NCBI GenBank assembly: GCA_013265495.1
Contig: MU058059.1
Location: 3,387,502 to 3,451,501 of the forward strand
DNA from: Vicugna vicugna
Lineage: Eukaryota
Reading direction: 5' to 3'
Length of the DNA stretch: 64,000 nt
Shown here one piece after another: positions 1-13,200 of this stretch (position 1 is its first letter; each line of letters starts with the position of its first letter). The notes beneath the pieces were generated by a model. The model worked only from the letters and a program-made list of their open reading frames with translations, made no database searches and was not told the origin of the DNA. Position numbers and translations under genes: made by a program.

Positions 1-452
1 GGGTGATGGAGACCCCCCCCCCGGGGCTCTGTGCTCTCCTCCTGGTTTGTATTTATTTTCAGCACCTCTTCTATGCGGTTTTTACCCTCTACCTATTGCA
101 CTGTTGTGACTTGTTGGCCATTATTTGATTTTTGTACGAAAAAAGCTTTGTTATAGAAATCAGCATACTATTTTTTTAAATCTGGAGAGAAGATATTATG
201 GTGACTGAAAATATGGTCAGGTGTCAAATGTAAGTGTATAAAGCCTTCCAGCCATCCTGTCGGTCATGTTACATTCATTTCACATTTGCTGGCAATATTG
301 AAGGTTTCTTTTTTGTGTAAACTCTAATTTCTATCAAGGTGTCATGAATTTTTTAAATTAGTATTTCATTACAGCTGTCTCAGCGTTGGTTAACTAATTT
401 TTGCCAGGACCCATTGTTGATCAAGCAAATAAATTCAACAGCCATTTGAGGA
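1..452 (+). other. RALBP1: Distal end of the 3' UTR of the convergent neighbouring gene, probably RALBP1
   Basis: AT-rich non-coding tract ending in AATAAA (428-433); resembles the RALBP1 mRNA 3' end as I recall it; RALBP1 lies tail-to-tail with PPP4R1 in human. No coding exon in the window. Confidence 0.75.
428..433 (+). terminator. Polyadenylation signal AATAAA of the RALBP1-like transcript
   Basis: Canonical hexamer followed ~35-50 nt later by a T/GT-rich tract (gcttttttgtacatgt). Confidence 0.7.
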
Positions 453-1453
453 AAAAGGGACTGCTCGCTTTTTTGTACATGTCCTTTGAAATGGTGGCAC
501 ACCCTGTGCCTGGCAAGGACTTGGTTTCACTGCTAGGCCCAGGAGCGACAGCGCCGAGTCCCTCCCTGGGCCCCCTCCTGCCCTGGCCACCGTGTCCGCT
601 GCCCTCCCCGCGTGAGCCAGTGGGCCTGCTGTGGCAGAAAGGTTGGTTGTGGTCACTTCCCTAGAGCGGACGGCAGGGGTCTCGGGGGTCACCTACCTGA
701 TGCTGGTCAGGCCAGTCCCGAGTCCCGGTTTAAGACTGCATTCCTCAGGGAGCCGGTGCCGTCCTCAAGTCTGAGTTTGGTGACGTGGGGGCTTTGCAGA
801 AGCAACTCCGTGTGGGCTCACTGTCATGGTTTTTAATGAGTCTTCCCTTTTGAGCAGACGCTCAGCCTGAGAGACATGCCCGGGATTTAAGGCATCGGAG
901 CTGCTCCCACCACCGTCTGGGAGTTGGCCCTGAGTCTGTGCTGCGTTCACGGGTCACTGGGGCCACAGTTTTTACGTCGCTCGTTCTTGGTCCTTCTCTG
1001 AGGCTCCAGCCTCAAAGAGGTCGCTTGATGGCTGGTTAGCAGCTGCAAATGTGCTTTTAAAGCTTCTGGAAGGACACCATGCCCAGCAAGACTACCGCTT
1101 CCTACCAGCAGGGTCACTCCCAGGGTCTGTAGTCCCCAAGACCCAAACCAGAGTCAGACAGGTCAAAGACAGACTCTGATGAAGGAGTCACTTTCTTTAG
1201 CCAGTGGCTTGTTCAGTGACCTCAGGAGCTGAGTTCCCACTTTTCCAGGACGTGGGCCAATCCTAGCAGACCCTGTCTGCTCACCTGCAAGGCAGCCACG
1301 GGCTGTCCTCTGATCAGAACAACTTTGGCCACAGAGCCTGGGCTGGTGGCTGCAGCAGATTCTGCAGTGTCTTCACGAGCTGAGGGGTTCCTGGTCACGG
1401 CCGCGTGACACATCCTCCTGGCCCAGAGAAGAGTTGCTGAGAATTAGACTTCT

Positions 1454-1514
1454 GGTGACTCGTTTTGAGTGTGGCTCAGGTGACTCGTTTTGAGTGTGGC
1501 ATCCTCGTTTTGAG
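1454..1514. repeat. Short tandem duplication (two exact 22-bp copies, period 25, plus a partial third copy)
   Basis: GGTGACTCGTTTTGAGTGTGGC at 1454-1475 and 1479-1500; core CTCGTTTTGAG again at 1504-1514. Confidence 0.9.
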
Positions 1515-4500
1515 GATGGCCATGGAGGCCAGTAAAACTGCAGGGTCTGCAGACGGGACGGTGGTTTTGTTCTCGTCACCCGTCTGCGTTCCTTTCTTTG
1601 CACAGAACCTGGATGTGGTCGCCCCTAGGTTTGGGGTTGTTGACCAGAGATGGACCCACAGGGCCCTGGACATCGGGGAGAAGGTGGGATGGACAGGAGC
1701 CACAGGACCATCAGCTTCATGGCAAGTCCAGCAGTCATGGGGGTTAGATGACCCACCTGCGTGATGGCCTGAGACAATGACACTGTCCTTCCAGGCCCGA
1801 GCAAGACAAAAGGTGGACAGGAGAATCCAGAAGGCCTTCACGGGGAACGAGGGAAAGGATGGCCGGAGTGGGAGGGAGTGGAAAGAAACATCCTCGGTCC
1901 TGGTCTGACGTCTTGGGAGGACGCAGTCCTGGTCCCCAGCATCTGCACAGGACCAGGCGTCCGGTGGGGCCTCCAGCTCTGAAATACACATGCGAAGGTC
2001 AACACCTTGTCCCCTGGCAGCGGGGTCAGTGGCTGAGTCCCTGGCAGGGTCCTTCCCATGAATCTCATACAAGCACCAGAAAAACAGTAACTGTCTGTAA
2101 ATGATGAACGACGTGAAAAGGCCCGTGGTCACAGAGCTGGTGAGAGTTCATTTGGGAAGGAAGGAAACAGTTATTTCTGTGGCATGCAATACTTCAGGAC
2201 GATAACTGAACAGCAAGAGTGCTGGTAAATTTCAAGAAACTTAAGACAATTTCTGGAATACCTGTGTTAGAAATATATGATTCATACATACATAACCTAA
2301 GAAGGTTTATCATTTCTTATTCAACAGTTTCCCCTACATATTTTAACACACCAAATAAACATAATCGAACATCTCTCTTTTACAAGATGAGAGGCAAATG
2401 CTTTGGGATTTTCCAGGAGCCCCCTGGGAAACCTCGAAGTTACTCTGAGGTTAAAAAGACTATCTAATTTTATTTTGAGACAATGTCAAGAAGGTTGAAC
2501 ATTTGATGGAACAGGATCACAGATCATCATGGAGTAATACTTAATTGTCTCACCAAAGTGACAGCAGCAGATACTAAAGGCACATACAGAAGGCAAGCAG
2601 AAGTCAGTGCTCTTAACATTGAGAAGACTGGATGTCCTTGAGTCATCAAAGGCTGATAGAGTGTGAAGCACAGTTATTGTGGTAACACACAAAATTTTGC
2701 TGTCCAAATTTAAAAAGTAAAACAAAAACTCTACAACGCTTTATTAAGAGCAGACCAATAACCTAAGAGAACTTTGTTTAACAGAACAGTTAACAGTTAA
2801 TCACACAGAGATTAGAACCCTTAATCCCCAGTTAACACCAGCATTCTGTGGGCTGGAGAGTCTACAAACACATTTTGATTTCTGGAAGCATATTTATCCT
2901 CATTAAGTTTTCCAGTGGCACAAAACGTATTTACTAACAGACTGCAGTATTTCTGGTTTCTCTATATAAGGAAGCCGAAGGTGGAGAAACGTGTGGTGAT
3001 GAAGGTCTCAGCACCCGTCTTGGAAATGACCTGGATATTCAGTGAATACCCATCACTTAACTTCTCAGTGTAACTTAAAGGCTTCACGTTACCAAAAAAG
3101 TTTTGGAAACTGTTTTTAAGTGGACATACCATAAAGTATCATTGTTGAAAAGTTTAAGTAAACTGTTATCTTACGTCTATTTAATTCACTGTTCTTAACA
3201 ATCATGTTTAGTCATGAAAATTTCACAAGACAAACAATAATCTGAAGTCACCTTTCTTGCTGACAAATCCTGTGAGAGAGAACGTGAGTGCATCTGACTT
3301 GCAGTAAACCTAGACAGAAGAAAAGCATTATACTTTACAATGGTAACTTTAAAGACATTCCTCTTGTAACTGAACTACAGACTTAAGCTAGCTGAAGCTC
3401 GTCCTAGAGCACCCGAACCGGGGAGGCACTTGGGTTAGTTTCCTTATTTCTGAAAGTGAACTTGTTTCTCTATTTCATTGGCTTAAATTGAACTGTTTAC
3501 AAAATAACTTCAGCAATACCATTTTGAGGTAGGAAAAAAAGTCACATCTATAACATACACATAAATATACACACAGGTATTTTATAGCGTCTGTTTTAAA
3601 ATTTTAGGGTGAGACGTACAATTGTGCAAAACTCATTACTTTGTAAACGAACAGTTGGATCCAAATTGTGTTTCTGGCAGATGGAGTGAGTTTCCTGGCT
3701 CAGACAGCTACAAGTTTTCACTGATGCCTGGCGAAGACTTTAAAGACACTTTAGAGCCCGAGTTTTCGGCAGCCTCTCCTTTGTCTCGGGCGAGCATCGC
3801 CCAGAGAGGTGCGGGGAGGGTGCCTCCACAGCAGAAGGCACCGCGACCTCTGTCCCCTAAGCCCAGACCTCGTATGGCACCAGCAAGGCTTCTGAGACGA
3901 GCAGAGGCGGTTTTGGGGGGTGTGAAAAGCACAGCCGGGGGCTGGGCTGTTTCCAGGGCCGCGTGACTGTTCTGTGAGACGAGACAGTCGCCTCAATCCC
4001 TCAGAGACCCAGGTGGCAGCCGCCCAGCCGCCCACCACGCTACCTTCCATCGGCTCCTCTGTATCAGCGGGAAGGTTTCCAACTAAGACAGACGTCAGGA
4101 GTCCCGTGTTCCAGACAGAGCTGTGTGTCTCTGGAACGTTTCAGTAAGTCCTCCTGCGAAACCTTCACAGTGTCTCTCTCTCCGTCTGGGAACGTAGTTT
4201 CACTTAAGCTTTGGAGAGAAGGCCTCACGAACGTCCCCATCTGGCTCTGAGTATCAGCCTCTAACTCGGCCAACTTCTGACCACAGAGCATCTTTGAAAC
4301 CAACAAAGCCTCCAAGGCTTTCGGCCAGGACACTCGGTGCACGCGCCGGGGGCACTCAGCACCCCGGCGGTGCAGGCGGTGCCACTGAGAGCCGCCGCCA
4401 TCAGCAGGGCCCCAGTGTGTCCTGGGGGCCTCCAACCCGACGGCTGCCAAGCTCTCAGCCGCAGAATGAGGCCAGCACTGCGGCAGGAGCTGTCCCTGGG

Positions 4501-5342
4501 AGAGACAGGTCGACAGCCCGCGGAGACCGGAAGCGGGGCCACGCGTCACACTGCAAAGACCTGTGGTCTGATCTCCCCTTCCTCCCCATCGCAGTGGGGA
4601 CCTGGCAGAGCTGACTCCGGCGAGAATTCTCACCCTCGGTGGCCTTTCTGTTTTCCCAGGATCCTGCCGGCAGGCTCTGCAGTGACTGGGGTGTCCCGGG
4701 GGTGTCTTCATGTTCCCCAGAAACTGTCGAGGAGGAAAAACCAGTGTCCCTCTACCCTTTACGTGAGAGCCTGGCTGAGGCCCCTTTCTCCCTAGGACAA
4801 CACATAAGTGGATCAGCTTATCCAGGTTAGGAGCTCTCCTCTGTAGCCACTGTAATTAGGATTATCTTCGGTGAGTAACCTGCTTGTTTAACCTAAACAT
4901 TTTATTTGCCTGAGGTCGCAAGGACCCAGACCAGCTGAAGTCAGACCTGGTTCGATGGCAGACCCAGTCAGGCAGACCCAGTCTGACTCCAGCCGATTGC
5001 CAGACCTCGTCCAGAAAAAGAAAAGTTCCGATAAAGTCTGAAAGCTCATGAGGTGAAGGGCGCAGAGCCAGAACCCGGAGAGGAGGCGCCAAGCCCGGGG
5101 GGCCTGGCTGCTCACTGCCCTGGGGCCGTCGAGGTTCGAACACCAGGACTGTTCAAAGAGAAACTAGGGACTGTTAAGTCTTTTCAGTGTATTTGAGCAA
5201 AACTGGATTTGAATTGGGCAGCGTCTAACCCAGCAGATAAAAGGAGTTCCAAGGAGCTGCGCAAAATCAAAGACTTTCACAGGAGCACAGAGGGATCACG
5301 GCAGTTACCCCTGGCAAACGAGTGAGCGAGCTACTACAGTCA

Positions 5343-5641
5343 CAGGCAGACCTTGGAGACACCAGCTTCAGCTCCACTGCAGTGAAGCGAGTATTACAGT
5401 AAAACAAGGCGCAAAGATTTTCTGGTTCCCCAGTGTGTAGAAAAGTTATGTTTTACACTGTACTGTACTGTAGTCCATTAAGTGTGCGACACAACTGTGT
5501 TAAAAAATACATACCTTAATAATTGCTGTTGGAAAAATGGTACCAATAGACTTGCTTTACTCCCGTTGCCACAAACCTTCAATTTGTTTAATAATAAAAA
5601 AAAAAAGCCTCCGTGAAGCACAGCAGAATGAGGGATGTCTG
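5343..5641. mobile_element. Tigger1-like internally deleted DNA transposon (TcMar-Tigger)
   Basis: Degenerate terminal inverted repeats CAGGCAGACCT.. / ..AGGGATGTCTG; internal motifs AAAAGTTATGTTTTACACTGTAC and GTTGCCACAAACCTTCAATTTG resemble the two ends of Tigger1. Confidence 0.75.
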
Positions 5642-8600
5642 TCCCTGCTCTGGGGAGGCGGGGACCTTTCAGTCAGGCGGCCTGACGCGTGCTCATCAGG
5701 CGACTCCTGGCTGTTCAGGGCCCGAGTCCTGGCTTGGTGACGTGGGGCTCAGCGCAAAGGGCGCCGTCTGCAGGACAGACAGGAGACAGGGGCTCAGAGC
5801 CCTGCACTGGCACCACGCACCCCGGGACAGGAGGGAAGGAAGTGGCATCCGCAGGCAACCCGGGCCGGGCCCCCAAGTTCCGATGGGGTCCAAGTACATG
5901 GACCAGGGGGGAGAGACAAGTGTGGTTCTCGTCTGACCGAGCACCCCAAGTCCAACAACCGGCAAGAAGCTGCTGAAAATTCCAGCTACGAGGCGGGGAC
6001 ACAAGAGCCGCCTCTTGGTGGGGAGGTGCCTGCAGCCTCCTGAAGGTCCTCACCTGGGGATAAGAAGTGCACCCAGGGCCACTGCGGTCGGCCTTCCGCT
6101 CGGAGCAGCAGGACAGAAGCTCCAGTCAGCCCTCTGGGTGAACACTGGCTCGCCAGCAGGGGGCTGCCCGCAGCCTGGCCCCGCCCCGAGGGTGACCCCT
6201 CCGGGGCACAGAGCCCCCTGCGGAGTGGTGTGGCTTAGGCTGGCCCCCCCGGGAGGCTGCCACGTAGGCAGACGCCCTGCACACGTGAACTTCAGATCAG
6301 TGACTAACTTGCATATGAGGTGTCCACACAATCCATACTTAATTCGGTGTCCTGGTGGGTTGTTTTGGTGGTGGCTGTTTTTAGCCCTTTTGCCTAAAGC
6401 AGTGACCTCGATAACACTGTTTCCTGGCCTTTCTCTCCTTTTCTGTATTTTCATTTTCAGTCTGCCCACCCTTACCTTAGCATCTCAGTGAGCGAATAGC
6501 AGGTTATGCACAGTGCAGTCGGTTCAAGTGGTCCTAAGTCATGCTGTGCAGACTGGCCACTGGTACTTCTGGGAGACGGGAGGACCTGATGTAGTGGCTG
6601 AATGCACAACACGGGCCACACAGCGTCCTCTGCACCCGTATCTTCCTTCCCAAACGTGGGCCTCCTCCAGGTGCCAGGCTGGCAGGGGCATCGGGCGAAG
6701 GGGGCCCCACCACTCTTGGTGGGAAACCTCTTGGGGGTCAGCGAGGCACGGCCCCCCAGCCTGCACGGCCGCTCAGCTGGGGACCTCCAGGAGCTCCTCC
6801 CAGCCTTCTCGTGAATCGTTTGGAAGTATGACCAGGAGATGTCTGTATCCAGTTGACAGCAACCGTCGGCATCATGAACACAGCACAGCTAATCGGAGTA
6901 AAACTCAACACGGTAAAATTATGTGCTAGAAACTCCGAGTGTCAAACCTTGCCAAATTTAGATCAGCAAAACCCAAGTTTAAATCGGCATGATGTGACCT
7001 CGACAAGACTTGGCAGAGATCAGCCTCTAACAGCTGTAAAACACCGCGCAGATGGAAACCTACCACTGCGTGGAAGGCCTGGCGAGCCTTCGAGGGAAAG
7101 AATTTTTAAGGAAAGAAATCTCTGTATAATAAAATTGAAACAGCCTATTAGTTCTCTATGGAAAGCAACGCAGGAATTCAGCTGATTTAGTGGAGTTCCT
7201 AACCAAAATGTATCGCTTTTGGAGTTTTGCGTTTACAAATAAAATAGAATTTTCTCCAGGTCAGACCTCCATGGGATGAAACAGTCACGTTCCCAGGATC
7301 ATGCAACCCCCCAGTTCTGGAGCACCCGGGGGAGGACCGGGGAGCCGCCCTCCCGCCCCAGCCTCCTCTGAAACACCATCGGGCTTCTGGAGGGGAGGAG
7401 ATGCCAGCTGGCGGGGGCCTGACCTGCACAGGCCACTGGGGAACGTCCCTCTGTGCGCACCCTCCCAGGCCGCGCTCTCCGCGTGCTCACAGGACGGAGG
7501 CCGGGGACAGCCGTCTCCGCTCTCCTCCAGCCCTGGTCTGAATGGGAGGAGTGTCACCTCAGGGCTGCTGTGGGCTTCCTCCTCCTCCTCCTCGGCTCAC
7601 GGCAGACGCTCCCGCCCACGGAAAGCAGCACGTGCATCTGGAGCCCGGGACGCCGCTCTTCTCCTGTGGGTCAGGGTCGCCTCCTCCGAGCTTCCAGGAC
7701 ACACCGAGCCTGGCCACCGACGTCCAGGCACCCGGCCCCTGGAGACCGGGGCAGCGGGACCCGCACCGGGCAGGCGTGCAGACCCGCGGGGACAGTGGCT
7801 TCTAGGGATCAGCCATCGCCAACCTAGAGGGTTATAGAAAACCTGCACAGGTCCAGCGTCACAGGATTGTCTCCAAGGCTGATGGACACAGCTCACAGAC
7901 AGAAGGTGACCCCCAAGCCCCTGAGAGTCCAGGAGTGCGGCTGGAGGCCTGGGGCTGGCACGGTTCAGAGAGGGAGGGATGGCGGGGACGGTGTGGGTTC
8001 CCGGGGGAGGAGGAAGGAGAGGCAGGCAGGCGAGGAGGGGGCTGTGGGGGACACAACAGCTGAGCAGGAAGCTCCAATTTTTGAAAAATACAGCCTCCTC
8101 TTCACCTTGGTCACTCCCAAGTCCCCAGACCCGTGAGATCAGAGCGCAGTGTTACATACCCTGAGGACGCAGCACGTGCATCTTCTGCTGTGGAACTGAC
8201 AGAGCGGGCACTGACTGTCAGCAGTGTCTCTGCCTCCGGCGGGTGGAAGGACCTGGTTTTCTCTGTATGAGGAGGCTGCACCTTAGACGGGCTCCAACCC
8301 CCTCGCTGTCCTCAGGACTTGGCGGCCGCTGCTCTGCCCACATCCAAGGGAGGGCACGCAGCCCGGCAGCCTCCTGCGGGGCAACCTCGGGTGTGCAGTC
8401 GCCACTCAGTGAAGAGCCGAGATCAGGAGGTAACGGTCCACCTTGTGTTCGTTTGAACGCCACTCGAGAGTACTCAGACTGGGACCACCTCGGCCACTGA
8501 CCAAGCAGGCGCCTCCCGTGTCCACTGCTGGGAGAGAACCAGCCTCCGGATCCACGTCCACGGCGGCTCCTCTGGAGACACCTGCGCGGGGATGGCCAGT

Positions 8601-9339
8601 GCATCTAAGCTCACAGGTGCGCCTGCACACCTGACATTCCAGTTCTTCACCCCAAAACGTACCGTTGTTGCCACTGCTTTTAAAAAAATGCAGCTACTAG
8701 TACATAATTCTAATTAACTTACAGAACTGAAACTTGGGGGGCAAAGAGTTACAACCTAACAGCAGAGACTGCACCTCAAAAATTGGACTGAATTCAATAA
8801 AAAAGGTCACACCCTCCTTCAAGCTTGGCTCTGAGGCTGCTTCACAGCCAGCCTCCCCCAGCCCCCCTGCCCCCACAGCCCCGCCCATTACCTGCGTGTG
8901 GCCTGATTCGCTTGTCCTGGTGGGAAGGTGCACACAGAAGCATACAGAAATCCGGGCTGTGGAGAAGGATGAGGAACCAGAGGGTTCTAATAATTTACAC
9001 ATGAAGCAGCATGTGCGTTCCCAAACCCACCCAAGGTCCAAGGGGTCCTGCTCCCTTACAAACCTGGGAAGTCCCCACTAGCTGGGGAGACAAACCAACG
9101 CCACAGAAGCACCAGGGCGGGCGCCTTCCAAGCTGGGCTCAGAGGAGCAGCTGGTATCCCCCACAGCTCCTCCCGAAAGCACGTTCCCGCGGCCCCGCCA
9201 GCTCCCCTGTCACAGCCAGACAGAGGGCGGGGCTCAGGCTCGGAAGCATCTCCCGTAAGAAGACCTCAGGGCAAGGCCTGGGTCTGCCAAGGGCAGAACC
9301 CGCCCAGGGGCAGACGCAGATTTCAAAGAAACGACTAAA

Positions 9340-10118
9340 CTAGGTAAAAGACAAATATTTTAATCTAGTTTTCCCCCTTTATACTAAAATCATTAATACA
9401 GGTCACGAATTGCATTTATTCGCAGGTATCTAGAAAACAGTCAAAGGGGCAGCGCTCTCTGTGTAGACCTTAGGAATAAATTTTCTCTGGACAGGAGAAC
9501 TTGTGCACAACAGCATGACTGGAGCGGAGGGTCGCAGGCGTGTGCAGCACGCGGAGAGACACAGTGCACCCAGGGCCGGGCGTGGTCCAGCTCACGACGC
9601 CCAACACCCCGCACACCTGCTCACAAGTTTCCTTCAGGTCATGGCCAGCATGAGAGACCACAGGACACAGGCGCTCGGCCACGCTCCGTCACCGTGCGCA
9701 GCCGTGTGCTGCGTAGGAGTTAAGGTCAGACTCTAGTGCCAGCATCAAGCCCCAGGAGAAACCCAGACAGACGCTCCTGCCCCGTTCACACATGCCGGAA
9801 ACTATTCACATGCCGGCTGGCCGGGCGCACCCCCGCAGCTCCTCGCCTGCACTGAGGGCGCTCACGGAGGCGGTCCTTCAGTAAAGCCAGCAGAAAGCCA
9901 TGTGGGCCCCGGGACTCCCGTCCCCTCCACGAGCGACACGCCCGGCCAATTCAAGGTTTACTCAGTCAGGAAGACGGAAGGGTTTAAGGCTTCGGTGACG
10001 ATTATAATCCTCTGAGAAATTACTTTCCCTTCAAGTCAAGACAAGATCATAGTGTTTACTGTACTTTCTCTCGACTCTGAAAATCCCTGGTGCGGCGCAG
10101 GCGACTTGCACCTGCCCT
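9340..10118 (-). other. PPP4R1: PPP4R1 3' UTR with two poly(A) signals
   Basis: Follows the TGA stop; minus-strand AATAAA at 9415-9420 and ATTAAA at 9359-9364. The end coordinate is approximate. Confidence 0.75.
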
Positions 10119-10297
10119 TCAGTCCGCAGGCGGAGCCCCGGCCGGCCGGGCGGGTGGGGCGCAGTCTTCGGAGATCCTGGTGCCAGCAGGGTGGGTGCTG
10201 GCGAAGTACTTGACGTCACTGTCGCGGTCCATCTGCAGGGCCACGATGGTCTGCTCCACCGCCTCCTGGTGGCAGCTGGCCGAGGCCGAGAAGTACT
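10119..10297 (-). CDS. PPP4R1: PPP4R1 exon 20 coding part (179 nt, ends with TGA)
   Basis: cccag|AG TAC TTC; (E)YFSASASCHQEAVEQTIVALQMDRDSDVKYFASTHPAGTRISEDCAPPARPAGAPPAD*. Confidence 0.93.
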
Positions 10298-13200
10298 CTG
10301 GGGGCGGGAAGCGCAGATCACGTGAACCCGGTGCAGCGCCTCCCGTCCGCCAGGAACACGGTCAACACGGGCGCTTCCGGCTGACGTGCGCTCTGACAGC
10401 ATTACAAGACTGTCCTCGTTTATGACAGACTAAGCCTCACGGCGCTCACGGCGGTGGCACTAACCTACGGCACCGCACTTGTGACAGCCGCTCGGCAGCG
10501 CGGTGCCAGGAGCCAGCTTCCGGACACAAACCACACACACAGAAAACCAGCCTTCTCCAGCCCTTCGTTCTAACTGCTGCTAAAAATTTTAAATGAGAAA
10601 AAAACAGCAGTACTCATTCACCTGCACTGAAGTCTACTACGAATTTCTTTCTCTGCTTCATTCATGAATTCAAGTGACACTAATCGGCATTCCGGGGTGA
10701 TTACAGTAAGTAGAACAACCCGAAATTTGAGGAGCTTATAATCTGCAGCCAAGCAAACAGAATAAAGAAAAATCCACCTGCACAGAAGGGTGATGATTAC
10801 AGCCCCTCCCTCGGCAGGAAGACCGTAACAACTCATGAGACCCCGTCTGCAAGCGCCCGTTCACCTGCGGGCGTGAGCTCCTGGCCTGACGCCTCTCCCC
10901 AGCCCACTGCTACCTACCTTTTTCTAGTAGAGTCTGTCTTAGCGTCTTGGCGAGCAGCACTCGAACGTTGGGGACTCTGTCGTTGGCCAAGGTCAGCAGG
11001 TGCGGCATGAGGTGCAGCGCAAACTGGTCCATGGGGAGGCAGTCGTCCTCGATGACCGTCTGGGGACAGAGGGGACCACCTCAGGCTGGCTGGTCTGCCC
11101 AGCGGTTTAACCAAGTCTCCCAGAAACGAGTTAAGGGCTTTTGATTTTAGTTACTGCTTTTTAAGCCAACATTCCAGGCACTTGGGACCTCAACACAGGA
11201 TGCCAAGTCCCCACAGAGCTGCTCATGGTCACCTGCCCCTCGGAGGCTGGGATCACGCTCTGCCACCTCGGGGGCCTGGGGACAGAAGGGAGGAAGGCCA
11301 GCACAGGGGACATGCGGTCCTGGCTGGGCGCCCACCTGGCAGACGAAGACGAAGGCCTGGCGCCCGGACCAGCGTGGGCAGCGGCCGAAGTTCTCCACCA
11401 GCTCATGGATCAGGTCCACCCCAAAGGAGGGCGGCGCCGCGCGGTGCAGCTTCCGCACCATTTCGCTGACCTGCGAGGACATGCTCAGTGGGCATTGCTG
11501 GCTGCTGCCCGTCGCCCGCCCTGCCCACCGCCCGGAGCCGGCAGTCATACCAGCTTGTAGGAGATCCAGCGGACAGAGGAGACCTTGTCCGCGCACAGGC
11601 TCAGGGCGATGGGGCGCAGGTAGTCATAGACGTCCCTGGGGCTGTACAGCTCCAGGAGCAAGATCAGCTGCCTGCAGATGAACCAGAGAGGGAGGGGAAG
11701 CACCCTGTAACCATGGACACATAAAACAAGCAGGCTGCTCTTCTCAGCAGCAGCGCCAGGTCCTCGCTGTCTGTAACACACACAGAGCCGCCTGCTCCCT
11801 GCACGTCCGCCAGCTTGGGAACCCCAGGCACGGTCAGAAGTCCCTCTTCCTCTCAGGATGCGGGCAAGACAAATGCTGCCGAATTCTGCGTCCACGGGAT
11901 GGAGACGGCGGAGCATCTCCTGCTGTGCTCAGTGGGGCTGTGGACACGGGCTCCCACGGGGACCGGGATGTGCTAAGACACTTCGTCTGCACATCGGCTG
12001 TCTATGGAATAAAGTGCTGGCAGCATCAGGCAGCCCGGCATGTGTCAGAGCTCCGGGACCAGCAGCAGCGCCTGGCGGTCTGAGCAGAGGCGGCAGCGCC
12101 CATGAGGGAGGACCCTGGGTATGGAAGACTTTCACCTCCCAGCTCTGTGTCTGAGGTCACCGACCCCTGCGGGCAGCAGGCAGTGCCTGGTGGGGCAACG
12201 CGGGGCTAAGCAATGACCGGGGGCACCGCAGACCTCACAAGCCCTGTGCCGCTGCCTGGGGTCAGGAAATGGGCAGGGGCCCTCCTCTCACCCTCCACAG
12301 GCCAGGGCAGCACACAGCGGGGGCCGAGGGGAGGACACTGCCCGAGACCAAGCACGGGTCCAAGGCAGAGAGGGGGCTGGAGGGGTCCCAAAGACTGAGG
12401 CCAAATGGAAGGAGCAGAGAGCCCCCTCCCTGGTGGGCCTCCACGTGGAGGCTGAGATCTAGGGCTGGGAGGGACCTGGAGACGACGGCGGGTCCCAGGC
12501 CCCCAGCCACCCACCTCCCCCCAACTGGCTGGAAGACGTGTGTTCAGGCGGCACCAAAGTCCCACACAAGCATGGAACCCAGCCCTGCGGGCGAGGGGCA
12601 GGCAGGACGGCCCCGAGGGGTGACCTCCTTGAGGCTCTGAAGGAAGCGCCATCAGCCCCAATCCCCCAGAAGCACGCTGCTCCTGAAAACGCTGGCGAGG
12701 TCCAGAACATTCTGTGAAGCACTCTTCCAATTCAACAGCCCAATTTAAGACACACAACCCAGTTACAAAACAGGCAAGAACTTGAAGACGTTTCTCCAGA
12801 GAAGCATCTGAACCGTCAACAGCACCAAGGGGCTGAGCCTCCCTGCTTGCTCAGGAAACTCGATCAGACCAAGACGGGGTGCTGCTCTGCACCCACGGTG
12901 ACCCGGGCCGTGAACAGCAGCAAGTGCAGGGCGTGGGGGCCGGGAGCCCCAGCCACGCCGGCAGGGAGGTCCCTCTACACGGCCTCACAAATCCACCTCA
13001 GAGACGCCGAAACAGGAACTAGTGTGTGAGTGTTCGTGGCAGTGCCGCCCACGTCAGCCAAGAGGGAGAAGCAACCCACGCGAGTGGACCAGGACGCTGC
13101 ACGGCCGCGCGGGGCGGCACCGCCCAGCCGCAGGCATGACAGGTGCGCCGGCAGCGCACACGGGGACCGGAGAGGAGGTCCCACAAAAGCCCACGTGGGA

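Larger units (their letters stand above)
630..5790 (-). mobile_element. Decayed ERV1-class (MER4/MER34/MER41-like group) provirus with two LTR remnants
   Basis: Same-orientation LTR remnants share TTGGTGACGTGGGG (777-790; 5734-5747) and CCCGAGTCC (717-725; 5721-5729). PBS-like TGGTG.. at 5141-5145 (minus) next to the LTR terminal CA at 5150-5151; PPT-like AAAAGGGAAGA at ~841-851 (minus); env-TM-like remnant 'SVAKVVL' in ORF 1222..1413. Boundaries approximate. Confidence 0.6.

Noticed and set aside
1454..1514. CRISPR-like direct repeats
   Set aside because: Only 2-3 copies separated by 3-nt gaps in a mammalian genome with no cas genes; a simple local duplication.
3600..9300. Many 100-215 aa ORFs in the GC-rich intergenic region
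   Set aside because: No recognisable homology or consistent exon structure; expected by chance at this GC content, and part lies within ERV remnants.
10909..10918. Overlapping donors AAG|GTAG|GTAGC at exon 19
   Set aside because: Tandem GT sites 4 nt apart are common, the second is weaker, and nothing here shows it is used.
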